From the NCBI GenBank assembly GCA_964500125.1, contig CAZCMV010000002.1, forward strand, positions 4,173 through 68,172: a stretch of DNA of 64,000 bases, in the 5' to 3' direction. The notes under the pieces were generated by a model, which did no database searches, was not told where the DNA came from, and worked only from the letters and a program-made list of their open reading frames with translations. Both the position numbers and the translations under genes were made by a program. The stretch comes from an uncultured Bdellovibrionales bacterium (GTDB lineage Bacteria; Patescibacteriota; Minisyncoccia; Moranbacterales; GWC2-37-73). Positions 39,009 to 49,241 of this stretch are shown one piece after another (positions within the stretch are counted from its first letter, which is position 1; the number at the start of each line of letters is the position of its first letter).

Positions 39009-39755
39009 ATGCCATTTTTTCACGAACTAATCTATCAGCCTCTTTATAATTTATTAGTGTTTTTATACAATTTTCTGCCCGGAAGCGATTTTGGTATTGC
39101 AATTATTGTTACAACCATATTGCTACGCTTTATTCTTGTTCCAGTATATAGAAAACAGATAGAGTCTCAACAGAAGATCCAAGAATTGCAGCCAAAAATA
39201 AAAGAGCTCCAACAAAAATATAAAGATGATAAGGAAAGACAAACCAAAGAAATGATGGCTTTGTACAAGCAACACAAAACTAATCCTTTTTCCGGATGTT
39301 TACCCTTAATAGTGCAATTGGTCTTTTTAATAGCGATTTATCGAATTCTTTTTTCCATCTCTTCACAAGGATTAATAGTTTCTTCGGAAGAACTTTATTC
39401 TTTTATTCCAAACCCTGGAAACATAAACCAGCTCTTCATTTCTATTATCGACCTAACAAAACCAAGCATTCCTATTGCTGCACTTGCTGCCCTTGCTCAA
39501 TATTTCCAAACTAAGATGCTGATGCAAAAAAACCAGCATCAATCAAAGGATAAAGTTAAACCTTCCAATTCTGATGAGCCTGACATCGCTCAAATGATGA
39601 GCAAACAGATGCTGTATTTGGGACCAGTTCTTACCCTGGTAATCGGAATTAAATTTCCCGCAGGATTAGCCCTATATTGGCTTTCCTCAACTCTTTTTAT
39701 GCTAGTACAACAAATAATTTTGCAGAAAAAAAAGCTCAAAGTTTCCAAGGCCTAA
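39009..39755 (+). CDS. yidC: membrane protein insertase YidC (short form)
   Basis: Five-TM core, conserved YidC position after rnpA. Confidence 0.8.
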   Translation: MPFFHELIYQPLYNLLVFLYNFLPGSDFGIAIIVTTILLRFILVPVYRKQIESQQKIQELQPKIKELQQKYKDDKERQTKEMMALYKQHKTNPFSGCLPLIVQLVFLIAIYRILFSISSQGLIVSSEELYSFIPNPGNINQLFISIIDLTKPSIPIAALAALAQYFQTKMLMQKNQHQSKDKVKPSNSDEPDIAQMMSKQMLYLGPVLTLVIGIKFPAGLALYWLSSTLFMLVQQIILQKKKLKVSKA

Positions 39756-39773
39756 TATTTATATTTCAAGAAT

Positions 39774-40250
39774 ATGGAAGAAAAAATGCAAATCATAATC
39801 AAAAAATCTATTGAGGAACTTTTTGAACATATGGGTTTTAAGGTTTCTGTATCAATGGATATTTCCAAGGATGAAGATACAAACATCGTATGTAACATAC
39901 AAAGCGAAAATGACTCCAATCTGCTCATAGGTCAAGGTGGAATAAATTTACAAGCAATTCAACACTTGGCAAGATTAGTCGTTCGCAAGAAGCTTGAAGA
40001 TAAAGTGCGTTTTATTATTGACATAAATAACTATCGTCAAGGGAAAAATCAATCCATTATAGAACTGGCAAATCAAGCCGCCGCTCAAGCATTATCAGAA
40101 AGACGCTCTATAATTTTACGCCCAATGTCAACATACGAAAGAAGGATTGTGCACATAGAACTTTCTAAAAATTCTTCTGTTGTAACCGAAAGCATTGGAG
40201 AAGGTGAAAGTCGCAAGGTGGTAATTAAGCCAGCAGGAATGATCGGTTAG
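39774..40250 (+). CDS. jag: Jag/KhpB RNA-binding protein (KH + R3H domains)
   Basis: C-terminal R3H ERRIVHIELS; follows yidC. Confidence 0.75.
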   Translation: MEEKMQIIIKKSIEELFEHMGFKVSVSMDISKDEDTNIVCNIQSENDSNLLIGQGGINLQAIQHLARLVVRKKLEDKVRFIIDINNYRQGKNQSIIELANQAAAQALSERRSIILRPMSTYERRIVHIELSKNSSVVTESIGEGESRKVVIKPAGMIG

Positions 40251-40323
40251 TAAATTTTCTTGAGGATTCGCATCTTATTTATCTGATGCGATTCTGATTA
40301 GCAAATTCATACTACAGTACAGC

Positions 40324-41766
40324 ATGGCTATTGCAAGAAAAATCGCATACAATGTCGTGGTTAATGCCGCGGCGAAAGTGCTTTCTACGGTTCTGGCACT
40401 GGTAGCCATAGGGCTTGTGATGCGCTACTTAGGAAAGGATGGTTTTGGCGACTATGCAACAGTAATCGCCTTTTTCTCTTTCTTTGGTTCTATTGCCGAT
40501 CTTGGACTTTATTCAATTACAGCAAGAGAAATTTCCCGCCAAGGCGCAGACGAAGCTTATATAATCAACAATGTTTTCACTCTGAGAGCAATCAGCTCAC
40601 TCGTAGTCCTTTTATTGACCCCCTTATTTGTCATTTTCCTTCCATATTCTACCCAAGTGAAAACCGGCATTATCATCGCAGGGGCTTCTTTTGTATTTTC
40701 CTCAACATATATGGTACTCAATGGTGTTTTTCAGAAGCATCTTTCCATGGACCGTGTAGCCATTGCTGAAATCATTGGCAAAATCGTTCAAGTGGCAGTA
40801 ATCTACACCGCGATTAAAATGAATCTTGGTTTTGTTGCCATCGTCTGTTCAATACTTTTTTCCATGTTTGTTAATTTCACTCTTGTCCTCATTGCTGCCA
40901 GAAAATTTGTGAAACTACGTCTGAGCTTTGATTTCACTTATTGGAAAAAATTTCTGAAAGAATCATTGCCAATGGGCATAGCTGTAATCATAACTTTTTT
41001 CTATTTCAAAATGGATACAATTCTGCTATCCATACTTAAAAGCAGCAGCGATGTAGGCATATATAATGCCGCCTACAAAGTAATTGAAAATATAACCTTC
41101 TTTCCTTCCATGATTATCGGTTTAATGTTACCGATAATGTCTCTTCATATCTTTTCCAACCACAAAGAGTTCTGTCGCATTTCAAATGAAACTTTCAAAG
41201 TATTTGTATTAATGGTTGTACCTATTGTTATTGGCGGATTCTTTTTGGCTGAAAAAATAGTTACCATTATCGGTGGTGCCGAATTTATCGAATCAGCCAC
41301 AACACTTCGCATCCTTATTTTTGCTTTAGCATTCATATTCTTTGGAAACTTCTTCAATAACATCCTGATTGCTGCAGCCAAGCAAAAGACATTGATGTAT
41401 TCATTATCTGTTTGCGCCGTATTCAATATTGCGGCAAATGTCATTCTCATCCCTAAATTTTCCTACATTGCTGCCGCTTCTATTTCTGTAGCAACAGAAG
41501 CAATGGTGGTTTTACTTACTTTCTATTTAACCGCCAAACATGTCCATTATATGCCCAAATTCAAAAATGCTTTCGGAATTTTTGCCTCCGGAGTTATGAT
41601 GGCTATTTTTCTATTTTTTTTCCACGGCCAAAATTTCATCTTTGCCGCCGTTGGAAGTTCCCTTGTCTATTGTTTATTTCTTTGGTTAACAAAAACCATT
41701 ACAGCCAAAGAATTACTCAGCATAGTTTCAAGAAAACAAACATCTCCTTCAATTTCCTATGAATAA
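40324..41766 (+). CDS. polysaccharide/oligosaccharide flippase (Wzx/MOP family)
   Basis: 480 aa, ~12-14 TM helices, N-terminal Wzx-like pattern. Confidence 0.65.
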   Translation: MAIARKIAYNVVVNAAAKVLSTVLALVAIGLVMRYLGKDGFGDYATVIAFFSFFGSIADLGLYSITAREISRQGADEAYIINNVFTLRAISSLVVLLLTPLFVIFLPYSTQVKTGIIIAGASFVFSSTYMVLNGVFQKHLSMDRVAIAEIIGKIVQVAVIYTAIKMNLGFVAIVCSILFSMFVNFTLVLIAARKFVKLRLSFDFTYWKKFLKESLPMGIAVIITFFYFKMDTILLSILKSSSDVGIYNAAYKVIENITFFPSMIIGLMLPIMSLHIFSNHKEFCRISNETFKVFVLMVVPIVIGGFFLAEKIVTIIGGAEFIESATTLRILIFALAFIFFGNFFNNILIAAAKQKTLMYSLSVCAVFNIAANVILIPKFSYIAAASISVATEAMVVLLTFYLTAKHVHYMPKFKNAFGIFASGVMMAIFLFFFHGQNFIFAAVGSSLVYCLFLWLTKTITAKELLSIVSRKQTSPSISYE

Positions 41767-41785
41767 TTATCTAATCAACGCTAAA

Positions 41786-42637
41786 ATGCCAAAAGTTTCC
41801 ATAGTCATAACAAATTTTAACGGAATTAGAACGCTAGAAAAGTGTCTTTCTTGTGTTTTTAATTCAAATTATCCAAATTTTGACATAATAGTAGTCGATA
41901 ATCATTCAACCGACGGCTCCTTGGAGCTACTACGAAGAAAATATCCCTCTGTAAAATTAATCATGAATGCTGAAAATATCGGTTTTGGTGCAGCGACAAA
42001 TCTTGGCATGCGCCTAGCTTTTGAAAAATTTGCTGATTATGTTCTAGCGCTCAATAATGACGCCTATTTAGAAAAAAATACTCTTTCCAAATTAATCGAA
42101 AATGCAAAAAAAAATCCGCGTATCGGCATAATAAGTCCTTTGATTAAGCGCCCCGACGGCTCAATTTGGTTCGCAGGAGGAAAAATAGATTGGTGGAAAA
42201 TGAAAACCCTGCATAAATTTGCACCTTCCGATTCCAAACCATATCAATCTGCCTACATATGCGGTTGCGCAATGCTCATAAGTCAAAAACTTTGTGAAAA
42301 AATAGGTCTTTTCGACGAAAAGTTTTTTCTTTACTATGAAGATGCTGACTTTTCTTGGCGCGCAAAACAAGCAGGCTTTGAATTACTCGTTGACCCTTCG
42401 GTAAAAATAATTCATGATGAACAAAGCAGCCGTAACATTTCTTTTAAGACTTATTGGCTGGTGCTTTCAGGGATTTTGTTTTTTCACAAGAACACACCTT
42501 TTTTCATAAAACCCTGGATGCACTTTTATTTGTGGTTAAGAAAAATAAAAAATAAGCACAATCAAAAAAGTAGCCCTTCAAAAGTTGTTTCGACTGTGGC
42601 CAGAGCGTATGCTGATGCGGAAAGATTAACCAAATAG
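41786..42637 (+). CDS. family 2 glycosyltransferase
   Basis: VSIVITNFNG ... IIVVDNHSTDGS ... DxD region. Confidence 0.8.
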   Translation: MPKVSIVITNFNGIRTLEKCLSCVFNSNYPNFDIIVVDNHSTDGSLELLRRKYPSVKLIMNAENIGFGAATNLGMRLAFEKFADYVLALNNDAYLEKNTLSKLIENAKKNPRIGIISPLIKRPDGSIWFAGGKIDWWKMKTLHKFAPSDSKPYQSAYICGCAMLISQKLCEKIGLFDEKFFLYYEDADFSWRAKQAGFELLVDPSVKIIHDEQSSRNISFKTYWLVLSGILFFHKNTPFFIKPWMHFYLWLRKIKNKHNQKSSPSKVVSTVARAYADAERLTK

Positions 42638-42703
42638 AAATATACGAATCTTGCTTTGCTTACAAATTTGTATATTCGTAATAGAATTGTAATTCTTTGG
42701 ACA

Positions 42704-43477
42704 ATGGATATTTCTATAATCATCGTAAATTATCGCAGTCGTAAATATCTAGACAGATGTATTTCATCTGTAGAATCTTTCCTGACTAATCTTTCTTATG
42801 AAATAATCATAGTAAACAATGATCAAAAAATTTTAAATCTTTCCCTTCACAAAGTTTCAGTTATTGAAAATAATAATAATTGCGGTTTCGGCAAAGCGAA
42901 TAATATTGGCGCAGCCAAAGCCAATGGGAAATTGCTATGGTTTCTTAATCCTGATACTGAATTACTATCTTTTAATTTCCAGTTAATAAAAAAACTTTTT
43001 GAGGATAAAAGTATAGCGATTATTGGCACAAGACTGTTAACTGAAAAAAAGGAAGTGCAACCTTGGAGTGCTGGAATTGAAATTACTCCTTGGAATATCA
43101 TTAAATCAAATATTGGCTTAGATAAAAGTAATTTAATGTGGAAAAGCAACGCCACAAGATCGGTTGATTGGGTAAGTGGATGTTCATTTTTGATATCAAA
43201 AAAACTTTTTGGAAAAATAAAGGGCTTCGATGAAGCTTTTTTTATGTATTACGAAGATATTGATTTATGTCGACGGATAAAAATGCTTGACAAACAAATC
43301 TTGCTTGAACCAAAAATAAAAATTCTTCATTGGTGTGGCAAGAGCGCTGAAAATAAAAAACTGCAAAAGAAGCAATATTATCAATCTCAGGACAAATATA
43401 TTCAAAAACACTTTGGAAATTTTTCTCAAACTTGCATCCGGGCGCTACGTTTGCTATGCTCATGGAAAAGGCTCTAG
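42704..43477 (+). CDS. family 2 glycosyltransferase (start at MDISIIIVNY)
   Basis: ISIIIVNYRS ... FGKANNIG ... WFLNPDTEL. Confidence 0.75.
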   Translation: MDISIIIVNYRSRKYLDRCISSVESFLTNLSYEIIIVNNDQKILNLSLHKVSVIENNNNCGFGKANNIGAAKANGKLLWFLNPDTELLSFNFQLIKKLFEDKSIAIIGTRLLTEKKEVQPWSAGIEITPWNIIKSNIGLDKSNLMWKSNATRSVDWVSGCSFLISKKLFGKIKGFDEAFFMYYEDIDLCRRIKMLDKQILLEPKIKILHWCGKSAENKKLQKKQYYQSQDKYIQKHFGNFSQTCIRALRLLCSWKRL

Positions 43478-43494
43478 AAAGCCAATTTCTATTC

Positions 43495-44769
43495 ATGCAA
43501 ATTATGTCTCAAATCTTGCTCGGCATATTTTTATTATATCTTCCTTGGCAAATTGCCATAAATCCAATCGAAGGGGTTGATCTGGCTTCAGCGCGCATTT
43601 TTTCCTTGTTTATTTTCATTATATGGCTTATTGAAAGCCTTTTTTCGCGTAATTTCAAAATTAATCTGCGTTTGCAATCTCTTTGTTTGCTTGTTTTTTT
43701 ATTTTTTGGCTTATTTTCCCTACTTTTTGCCCAATATCCAACTTGGGGACTCAGAAAACTGTTATTTTTGCTTTCCTTTGTCCCAATTTATTTTGTAGTA
43801 GCAGATTTGGCAACAAATCCTAGAAGCAAATTTTCCCTTATTAAAGCCTTAGTTTTAGGAGCTTCCTCAATTTCATTTCTTGGACTTATTCAGTTTACCG
43901 CTCAATATTTCGTTGACAAAAGTCTCTTGGCTCAATTTTGGGGTCATTATATTTCACCTTTATTTTTAGGCAAATCTTTTGCAGCTGCCGTCCAAGATTA
44001 TCCCAGCTGGTTTGTTAATATCGCTGGCAGAGATTACTTTCGCGCAATTTCCGTTTTTCCCGATCCACACATGTTGGCTTTCTTTACCGGAATGACTTTG
44101 CCCTTTGCCATATCTATATATTTAAAAAGCAAGCGCTTTCGTTATTTTTGGCTCTGCTTCGCCTTTATACTTTTGGCGACAAATCTGCTAACTTTCTCTC
44201 GAGGGGGATATTTGGGATTACTTTTAGCCTTTTTCTTTTTTATACTTTGGCTGTTTCTAAATCATCGCCCAAATCTCTCCAGGGGAACGATAATAGGCAC
44301 AGGAATCATTTTTGTGGTCATTTTAGTATCTGTCTGCGGGCCAATTGGAAATCGTCTGATAAGCTCATTTTCGTCCTCTGAGGGCTCCAATGCTGGAAGA
44401 ATTCAAACTTGGCAAGCCGCTTTTTCTGTTATCGCTTCTCATCCTATGGGCGTAGGCATCGGAAATTATGCATTAGAAATAAAACCAAGCGCAGATTATC
44501 GCGAACCCATCTATGCACACAGCCTTTATTTGGACATTGCCGCCGAAACAGGCCTTATTTCACTTCTTTTCTTTATTACATTTTTATTTGCTACAATAAA
44601 GTCATTCCTTGCGACATCAAGAACAGATCTTTTCGCAGTTGCTGGATTTTTAAGTATCATTGTTTTTGCTGCGCATTCCTTGGTAGAAAACCCAATATTT
44701 TCAGTTCATGTATTGCCTGTTTTTCTTATTATAAGCGCTTTTAGCACACCGTATGAAAAAAAAATATGA
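43495..44769 (+). CDS. O-antigen ligase / Wzy_C-family membrane protein (start uncertain: 43432/43456/43495)
   Basis: Polytopic; SRGGYLGLLLAFFF loop motif typical of O-antigen ligase family. Confidence 0.55.
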   Translation: MQIMSQILLGIFLLYLPWQIAINPIEGVDLASARIFSLFIFIIWLIESLFSRNFKINLRLQSLCLLVFLFFGLFSLLFAQYPTWGLRKLLFLLSFVPIYFVVADLATNPRSKFSLIKALVLGASSISFLGLIQFTAQYFVDKSLLAQFWGHYISPLFLGKSFAAAVQDYPSWFVNIAGRDYFRAISVFPDPHMLAFFTGMTLPFAISIYLKSKRFRYFWLCFAFILLATNLLTFSRGGYLGLLLAFFFFILWLFLNHRPNLSRGTIIGTGIIFVVILVSVCGPIGNRLISSFSSSEGSNAGRIQTWQAAFSVIASHPMGVGIGNYALEIKPSADYREPIYAHSLYLDIAAETGLISLLFFITFLFATIKSFLATSRTDLFAVAGFLSIIVFAAHSLVENPIFSVHVLPVFLIISAFSTPYEKKI

Positions 44770-45952
44770 TCCTATAATTATTTCTATCTGTCTCACTATT
44801 GTCAGCTTGCCTCTATATCTTGTTAAGTTTTCTTTTTTTAGTCTACCTCTAAATCTTCTTTTGCTAATTTCCTTGTTTTCCTTGCTAGTAATAATTTCAC
44901 ACACTTCTCTCAAAAATGCTTTTTTATTTTTAAAAAACAACCGACTTATTATTTTTTTCACTTTGCTAATAATTTTCGGCTGCCTTTTGTCAATTTGGCA
45001 CAACGGCTTTTCACCAAGATCATTTTCTATTTTTATTCAATGGATTTTATTACCTGCCATCTTTGGTTTTTTTGCGGCCATAAATTTGCAAAATAAAGAA
45101 TCTCAACTGGACACTATTTTACTTTCTTTGTTCGTTTCAACTACTTTTGTTTCAGCAATAGCTTTATCCTACGCCATCCTAGGAATTTTTACTTACGATA
45201 GCCGCCTAAAAGCCTTCTATGAATCACCCAATCACTTGGCGATGTACATCATGCCAGGAGTTTTTCTCGGCACTTATTTTTTCATCAAAGCAAAGAAAGA
45301 AGATTTACTTGATAAGTCCTTGCTATATTCAATTTTAACTGTTTTTATAATTATTACTTTAACATTAACAAAATCAGCAGGTGCGATGATTGCAGTCCTT
45401 TTTTCTTTACCTTTGGCCTTCTTTTTTATCCGGAGTGGTCTTTTTCGCTACACTGCCAGATTAATACTTCTGTTTGGTTTTACTTTTTTGCTGTCACTTA
45501 GTTTGTTTAGTGCTACCCAAATCACTTATTTGTCGCATGTACCGGAAAGATCATCCTTGGCTTCCCGCTTCATGATTTGGCAATCAGCAACAAAAATATT
45601 GCTTGATAATCCGCTTTATGGCATAGGTCCAGGAAACTTTCAAGCAAAATATCTGGCCTATCAAAAATATTTCCCACCTTATTTGGAATGGGCCGTGCCA
45701 GAGCCGCATAATTTATATTTGGCATTTTGGCTACAGACTGGTTTGCTTGGATTTATTGGTTTTATTCTTTTAGTCTTACTTGTCTTGAAATCACTTGCAT
45801 TTAAAACCAAACAAAAAAATGCCTTGCTTGCTTGGACGCTTTTGGGCATTTTTGTTGCTCTTCTTATGCACGGATTGATTGATACGCCTTATTGGAAAAA
45901 TGATCTGGCTTTTGTTTTTTGGATATTATGCGAAATTGCTTTCCTAATCTAA
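44753..45952 (+). CDS. second O-antigen ligase-like membrane protein
   Basis: Polytopic; TKSAGAMIAVLFSLPLAF loop and conserved His near C-terminus. Confidence 0.5.
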   Translation: MKKKYDPIIISICLTIVSLPLYLVKFSFFSLPLNLLLLISLFSLLVIISHTSLKNAFLFLKNNRLIIFFTLLIIFGCLLSIWHNGFSPRSFSIFIQWILLPAIFGFFAAINLQNKESQLDTILLSLFVSTTFVSAIALSYAILGIFTYDSRLKAFYESPNHLAMYIMPGVFLGTYFFIKAKKEDLLDKSLLYSILTVFIIITLTLTKSAGAMIAVLFSLPLAFFFIRSGLFRYTARLILLFGFTFLLSLSLFSATQITYLSHVPERSSLASRFMIWQSATKILLDNPLYGIGPGNFQAKYLAYQKYFPPYLEWAVPEPHNLYLAFWLQTGLLGFIGFILLVLLVLKSLAFKTKQKNALLAWTLLGIFVALLMHGLIDTPYWKNDLAFVFWILCEIAFLI

Positions 45953-46692
45953 CTTCCTGTATCATATACTTGCTGCTTTATTTCATTTAAACATTTCACT
46001 GAATTGGTTATTATTATAAAATCATCCACTATTTCATAAGAAATACTGCTAACTTGATCATCAGGCATCCTTACCTTGGCATATCTTTGATATTTACCAT
46101 CAAACATCAGTTCTTGCTGTAAATGCTCCGGAGAAAAACTAATTTCCGGAAAAATAACTGATTTAACATCTTGCAACATGGTTTTCTCCCAATTCTTCAT
46201 GAAGCTAACTTCATCCATATAAAGATCTCCTTCATAACCTTCCATCAACTTAATCTTTAACAGGATTCCCATGCCTTTAAAAGTTTCCTGGGAACTGAAG
46301 GAGCACACGAAATTGCTATAATCATTCGTTTCAAGCAAACTGTATAAATTGTCTTCTATATTTAAATTAATCGCCTTGGCAAATTCATCGAGTTTTGCAG
46401 AAGTTCCGGCAGAATCTAACCACACTGTCTCTTTGCTGATTGGCGAAGAAACAAATTTAGAAAATGAATCCCTGATTTCATTTTCTTTGCTCCCCTTTTC
46501 AGATTTTTCAATATCTGAAATTTCGTTATTCACGGGTCTTTCCACTATTGGCATTTCAGATAATTGCTGTTGATCATTTTTTGGTTCAACAAAAACATTA
46601 TTTTTTTTATCAAAATAAACTGCAATGGCAATTACCACTATTGATATAATACTTAACACTGAAATTGCAATTAAAACTATTTTTTTATTCAT
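45949..46692 (-). CDS. hypothetical N-terminally anchored protein (247 aa), last gene of envelope operon
   Basis: Single N-terminal TM; no domain recognised. Confidence 0.4.
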   Translation of the reverse strand: MNKKIVLIAISVLSIISIVVIAIAVYFDKKNNVFVEPKNDQQQLSEMPIVERPVNNEISDIEKSEKGSKENEIRDSFSKFVSSPISKETVWLDSAGTSAKLDEFAKAINLNIEDNLYSLLETNDYSNFVCSFSSQETFKGMGILLKIKLMEGYEGDLYMDEVSFMKNWEKTMLQDVKSVIFPEISFSPEHLQQELMFDGKYQRYAKVRMPDDQVSSISYEIVDDFIIITNSVKCLNEIKQQVYDTGS

Positions 46693-46701
46693 ATTGTTTT
46701 T

Positions 46702-47586
46702 TTATTTACAATAATCAGACGCTCTTATAACACCTTTGCAGTTGGCCATATCTTTGGAAGTAACATTACCATTAACTAAACCAGTTTTTGTTCCTGCAGC
46801 ATGAATCTTAACCGTACATCCCTCATTTTTACAAATAAACACATGTCCTCCGGAAAAAGACGATGGGCTTCTTATGACAACCGCATCTCCTGTATGTAAA
46901 GAGCTTTGGGGAACACATCCTTTGGTACGACTAGCCATTTGCCCCGTAGAACCACCGGGGGATTTGCATCCGGCGTTTTTATAGGCATTTTCAACAAAAT
47001 TTGAACAATCAGTATAGGGAGGATTTCCCTTACAGCCATTTCTCGAACAACCATACTTGGGATTACAATAACGACAACCGCTATTTTTTAATTTTTCCGC
47101 AGCATCTAATACCTGACCTTTTGCAACGCTATTATCATTACCATCCGAAAATTTCACAGGTCCTTCTGCAGCATTTGGCATTGATGCCGTATTTACTTCT
47201 ACTGAAATCAAATTAAGATTCAATTTTACCAAATCCGGATTGATAACATAAAGCAAAATATATGCTGTAAGCACTGCAACCAATCCAATAATAGCATCGG
47301 TTATGATATTTTTAGCAGTGGTTATGGAAGCATTGTTTCCTGCACTAGTTACATAAAGAAAACCTCCCACAGTAAGCATGAAAAAAGCTGCAATACCTAC
47401 GGTCCAAATAAAGAATTTGTAAATAGCAGAAAGAAGGTCAGGAAAAGAAGGTGATGAACCAGCATTAAAGAATCCCGGAAATTGTTCGAGAAGTTTGTAT
47501 TCAAATGCTGCTTGAGCATGCTGAGACAAGAGAAAGCAAAAAGATATACTCAGGCAGAAGCAAAGAAAAAATTTCTTGCTTTTCAT
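46702..47586 (-). CDS. bitopic membrane protein: conserved two-helix N-module (pilin-like) fused to C-terminal CHAP-type amidase/peptidase domain
   Basis: N-module identical to paralog 49242..50168; C-terminus DCSNFVENAY...GDAVVI...GGHVFIC (Cys and His of CHAP). Confidence 0.55.
   Translation of the reverse strand: MKSKKFFLCFCLSISFCFLLSQHAQAAFEYKLLEQFPGFFNAGSSPSFPDLLSAIYKFFIWTVGIAAFFMLTVGGFLYVTSAGNNASITTAKNIITDAIIGLVAVLTAYILLYVINPDLVKLNLNLISVEVNTASMPNAAEGPVKFSDGNDNSVAKGQVLDAAEKLKNSGCRYCNPKYGCSRNGCKGNPPYTDCSNFVENAYKNAGCKSPGGSTGQMASRTKGCVPQSSLHTGDAVVIRSPSSFSGGHVFICKNEGCTVKIHAAGTKTGLVNGNVTSKDMANCKGVIRASDYCK
47204..47571. repeat. 368-bp direct repeat copy 1 (one mismatch to 49754..50121)
   Basis: Identity verified by eye over the whole length; encodes the shared N-terminal module. 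Confidence 0.9.
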
Positions 47587-47597
47587 ATGTTTATTTT

Positions 47598-48746
47598 CTA
47601 TAGTTTTATTTTATAAATCTTGGAATCTATTTTGTTTATAAAAAACAATGCATCTTCGTTATTGGAAAGAAAAATCTTGGAAGCATCATATTTCTCAGAC
47701 AATTCATTGAGTTCAACAATTCTTTCCTTTTTTCCTGTTTCAATGTTTATCTTCCAAAAAGTATCAACTGTATTAAATTTTTCTGCAAGATAATCGTTAG
47801 GAATCACAACATTCTCAGGAATCCCACCCGGCAAAGCATAATATACGGTTTTATTGTCCGACGACCAAACACACTTAGATGCAAATGTAGGAATTCCCAA
47901 GTTTTTATATTCGCCATTCTTGTCAATTATGCCCAGAACAATTTTCTTGCTGTTTTCTTCTTCAAGACTGCTGATAATAGCGTGTTGTCCATTTGGCGAC
48001 CATAAATAATCGGCTCCAAATTTTCCTCCGAATATTTTTTTCAAATCGGTTCCGCCTATGCCTACCACAAAAAGTTGCGTTTCTTCAGATGCCCAGGGGG
48101 AATTCCAAAAAGAAATATTTGAAGATTGCGGCACAGCCGAAACACTCACATGCTTAAATGGAATATCAACAATTTTTTTCCAATTGCTGCCGTCCGGATC
48201 GGCCACATTCAGCGTTCTTTCTTTTTTTTGCGAATCGAAATATTTATATATTATTTTCGCTCCGATTCCATCCCATTTCACTGTATCAAGGTTTTCTTTT
48301 AACTTAGTACCCTTACCGTTAGCATAGTTATACGTATAAAATTCCGTCTTGCCTTTTTTATCAAACGTAGATATCACTTGAACGCCATCAGGTGACCAAG
48401 TAACACTTTGAAGTCCAACTAACTCTTCGTCTGCAACGCTTTTTTTTCCGGAAGCATCCGTATTAACGTCCCAAACCCTTCCATCAACAGCATAGTACCT
48501 AATCATTTCAGAATCTTTAACATAAGCAGCACTAACAACGCCCTCATCGGAAACAGCTGCAACAATTCCTTTTTTGTCAGTTCCGATATCTGAAAACATA
48601 TCGCCTTCTTTTTTTATAGAAACGTTTGTGTCTTCAATATTAGCATTTTTAGCATTTTTATTACTAAAAGCAAAATTATACACACCCCAAAAAAACAGGG
48701 TGATTCCTAATACGATCAGAGTTATAATAAATATTTTTTTGATCAT
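47598..48746 (-). CDS. TolB-like beta-propeller protein (PD40/WD40-like repeats), N-terminal anchor
   Basis: Repeated ...SPDG/SPNG... blades (TWSPDGVQV, YLWSPNGQH, VWSSDNKTVYY). Confidence 0.5.
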   Translation of the reverse strand: MIKKIFIITLIVLGITLFFWGVYNFAFSNKNAKNANIEDTNVSIKKEGDMFSDIGTDKKGIVAAVSDEGVVSAAYVKDSEMIRYYAVDGRVWDVNTDASGKKSVADEELVGLQSVTWSPDGVQVISTFDKKGKTEFYTYNYANGKGTKLKENLDTVKWDGIGAKIIYKYFDSQKKERTLNVADPDGSNWKKIVDIPFKHVSVSAVPQSSNISFWNSPWASEETQLFVVGIGGTDLKKIFGGKFGADYLWSPNGQHAIISSLEEENSKKIVLGIIDKNGEYKNLGIPTFASKCVWSSDNKTVYYALPGGIPENVVIPNDYLAEKFNTVDTFWKINIETGKKERIVELNELSEKYDASKIFLSNNEDALFFINKIDSKIYKIKL

Positions 48747-48773
48747 TTTTATAAAGAATTTATTCTGTCATTA

Positions 48774-49235
48774 TCAAAAAAAAGATTTTCCGTTCGGACA
48801 AAAACTAAGTCCATAATTTTCCCCCGCCAATTCATTGTTTACATTGTATGGAAAAGTCAAATATACATCCAACTTGCATGCTTCCTCTTCATTTATTTTG
48901 AGTGTTTGCAAAAAGTCTTTTTCCGCCTCATCACGAGCATCGTTTTCATTTTCTTTGGCTAATATAAGAATAACAAAATTATTATCTTCCTCAAAATAGG
49001 TAGTGTTAAAATTTTGTTTTTCTCTGAAAGTAATGGTTCCTGAAAATTTTTCTGCAGAATCAGAATATATTGCACTACTATCAAAATTATTCTGCACGTT
49101 TTCTGATATATTCGAAGGATTTGTGCTGTTTGTTTTTTCAAAACCTTTGTCTTGTTTCGGTAACATGAAAAAAACAACTCCTGCGCTAATCAATATCAGA
49201 ATAATTACAATTATTATTATTCTTTTTTTTCTCAT
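48774..49235 (-). CDS. hypothetical small anchored protein (153 aa)
   Basis: N-terminal TM; Asn/Glu-rich. Confidence 0.35.
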   Translation of the reverse strand: MRKKRIIIIVIILILISAGVVFFMLPKQDKGFEKTNSTNPSNISENVQNNFDSSAIYSDSAEKFSGTITFREKQNFNTTYFEEDNNFVILILAKENENDARDEAEKDFLQTLKINEEEACKLDVYLTFPYNVNNELAGENYGLSFCPNGKSFF

Positions 49236-49241
49236 ATTTTT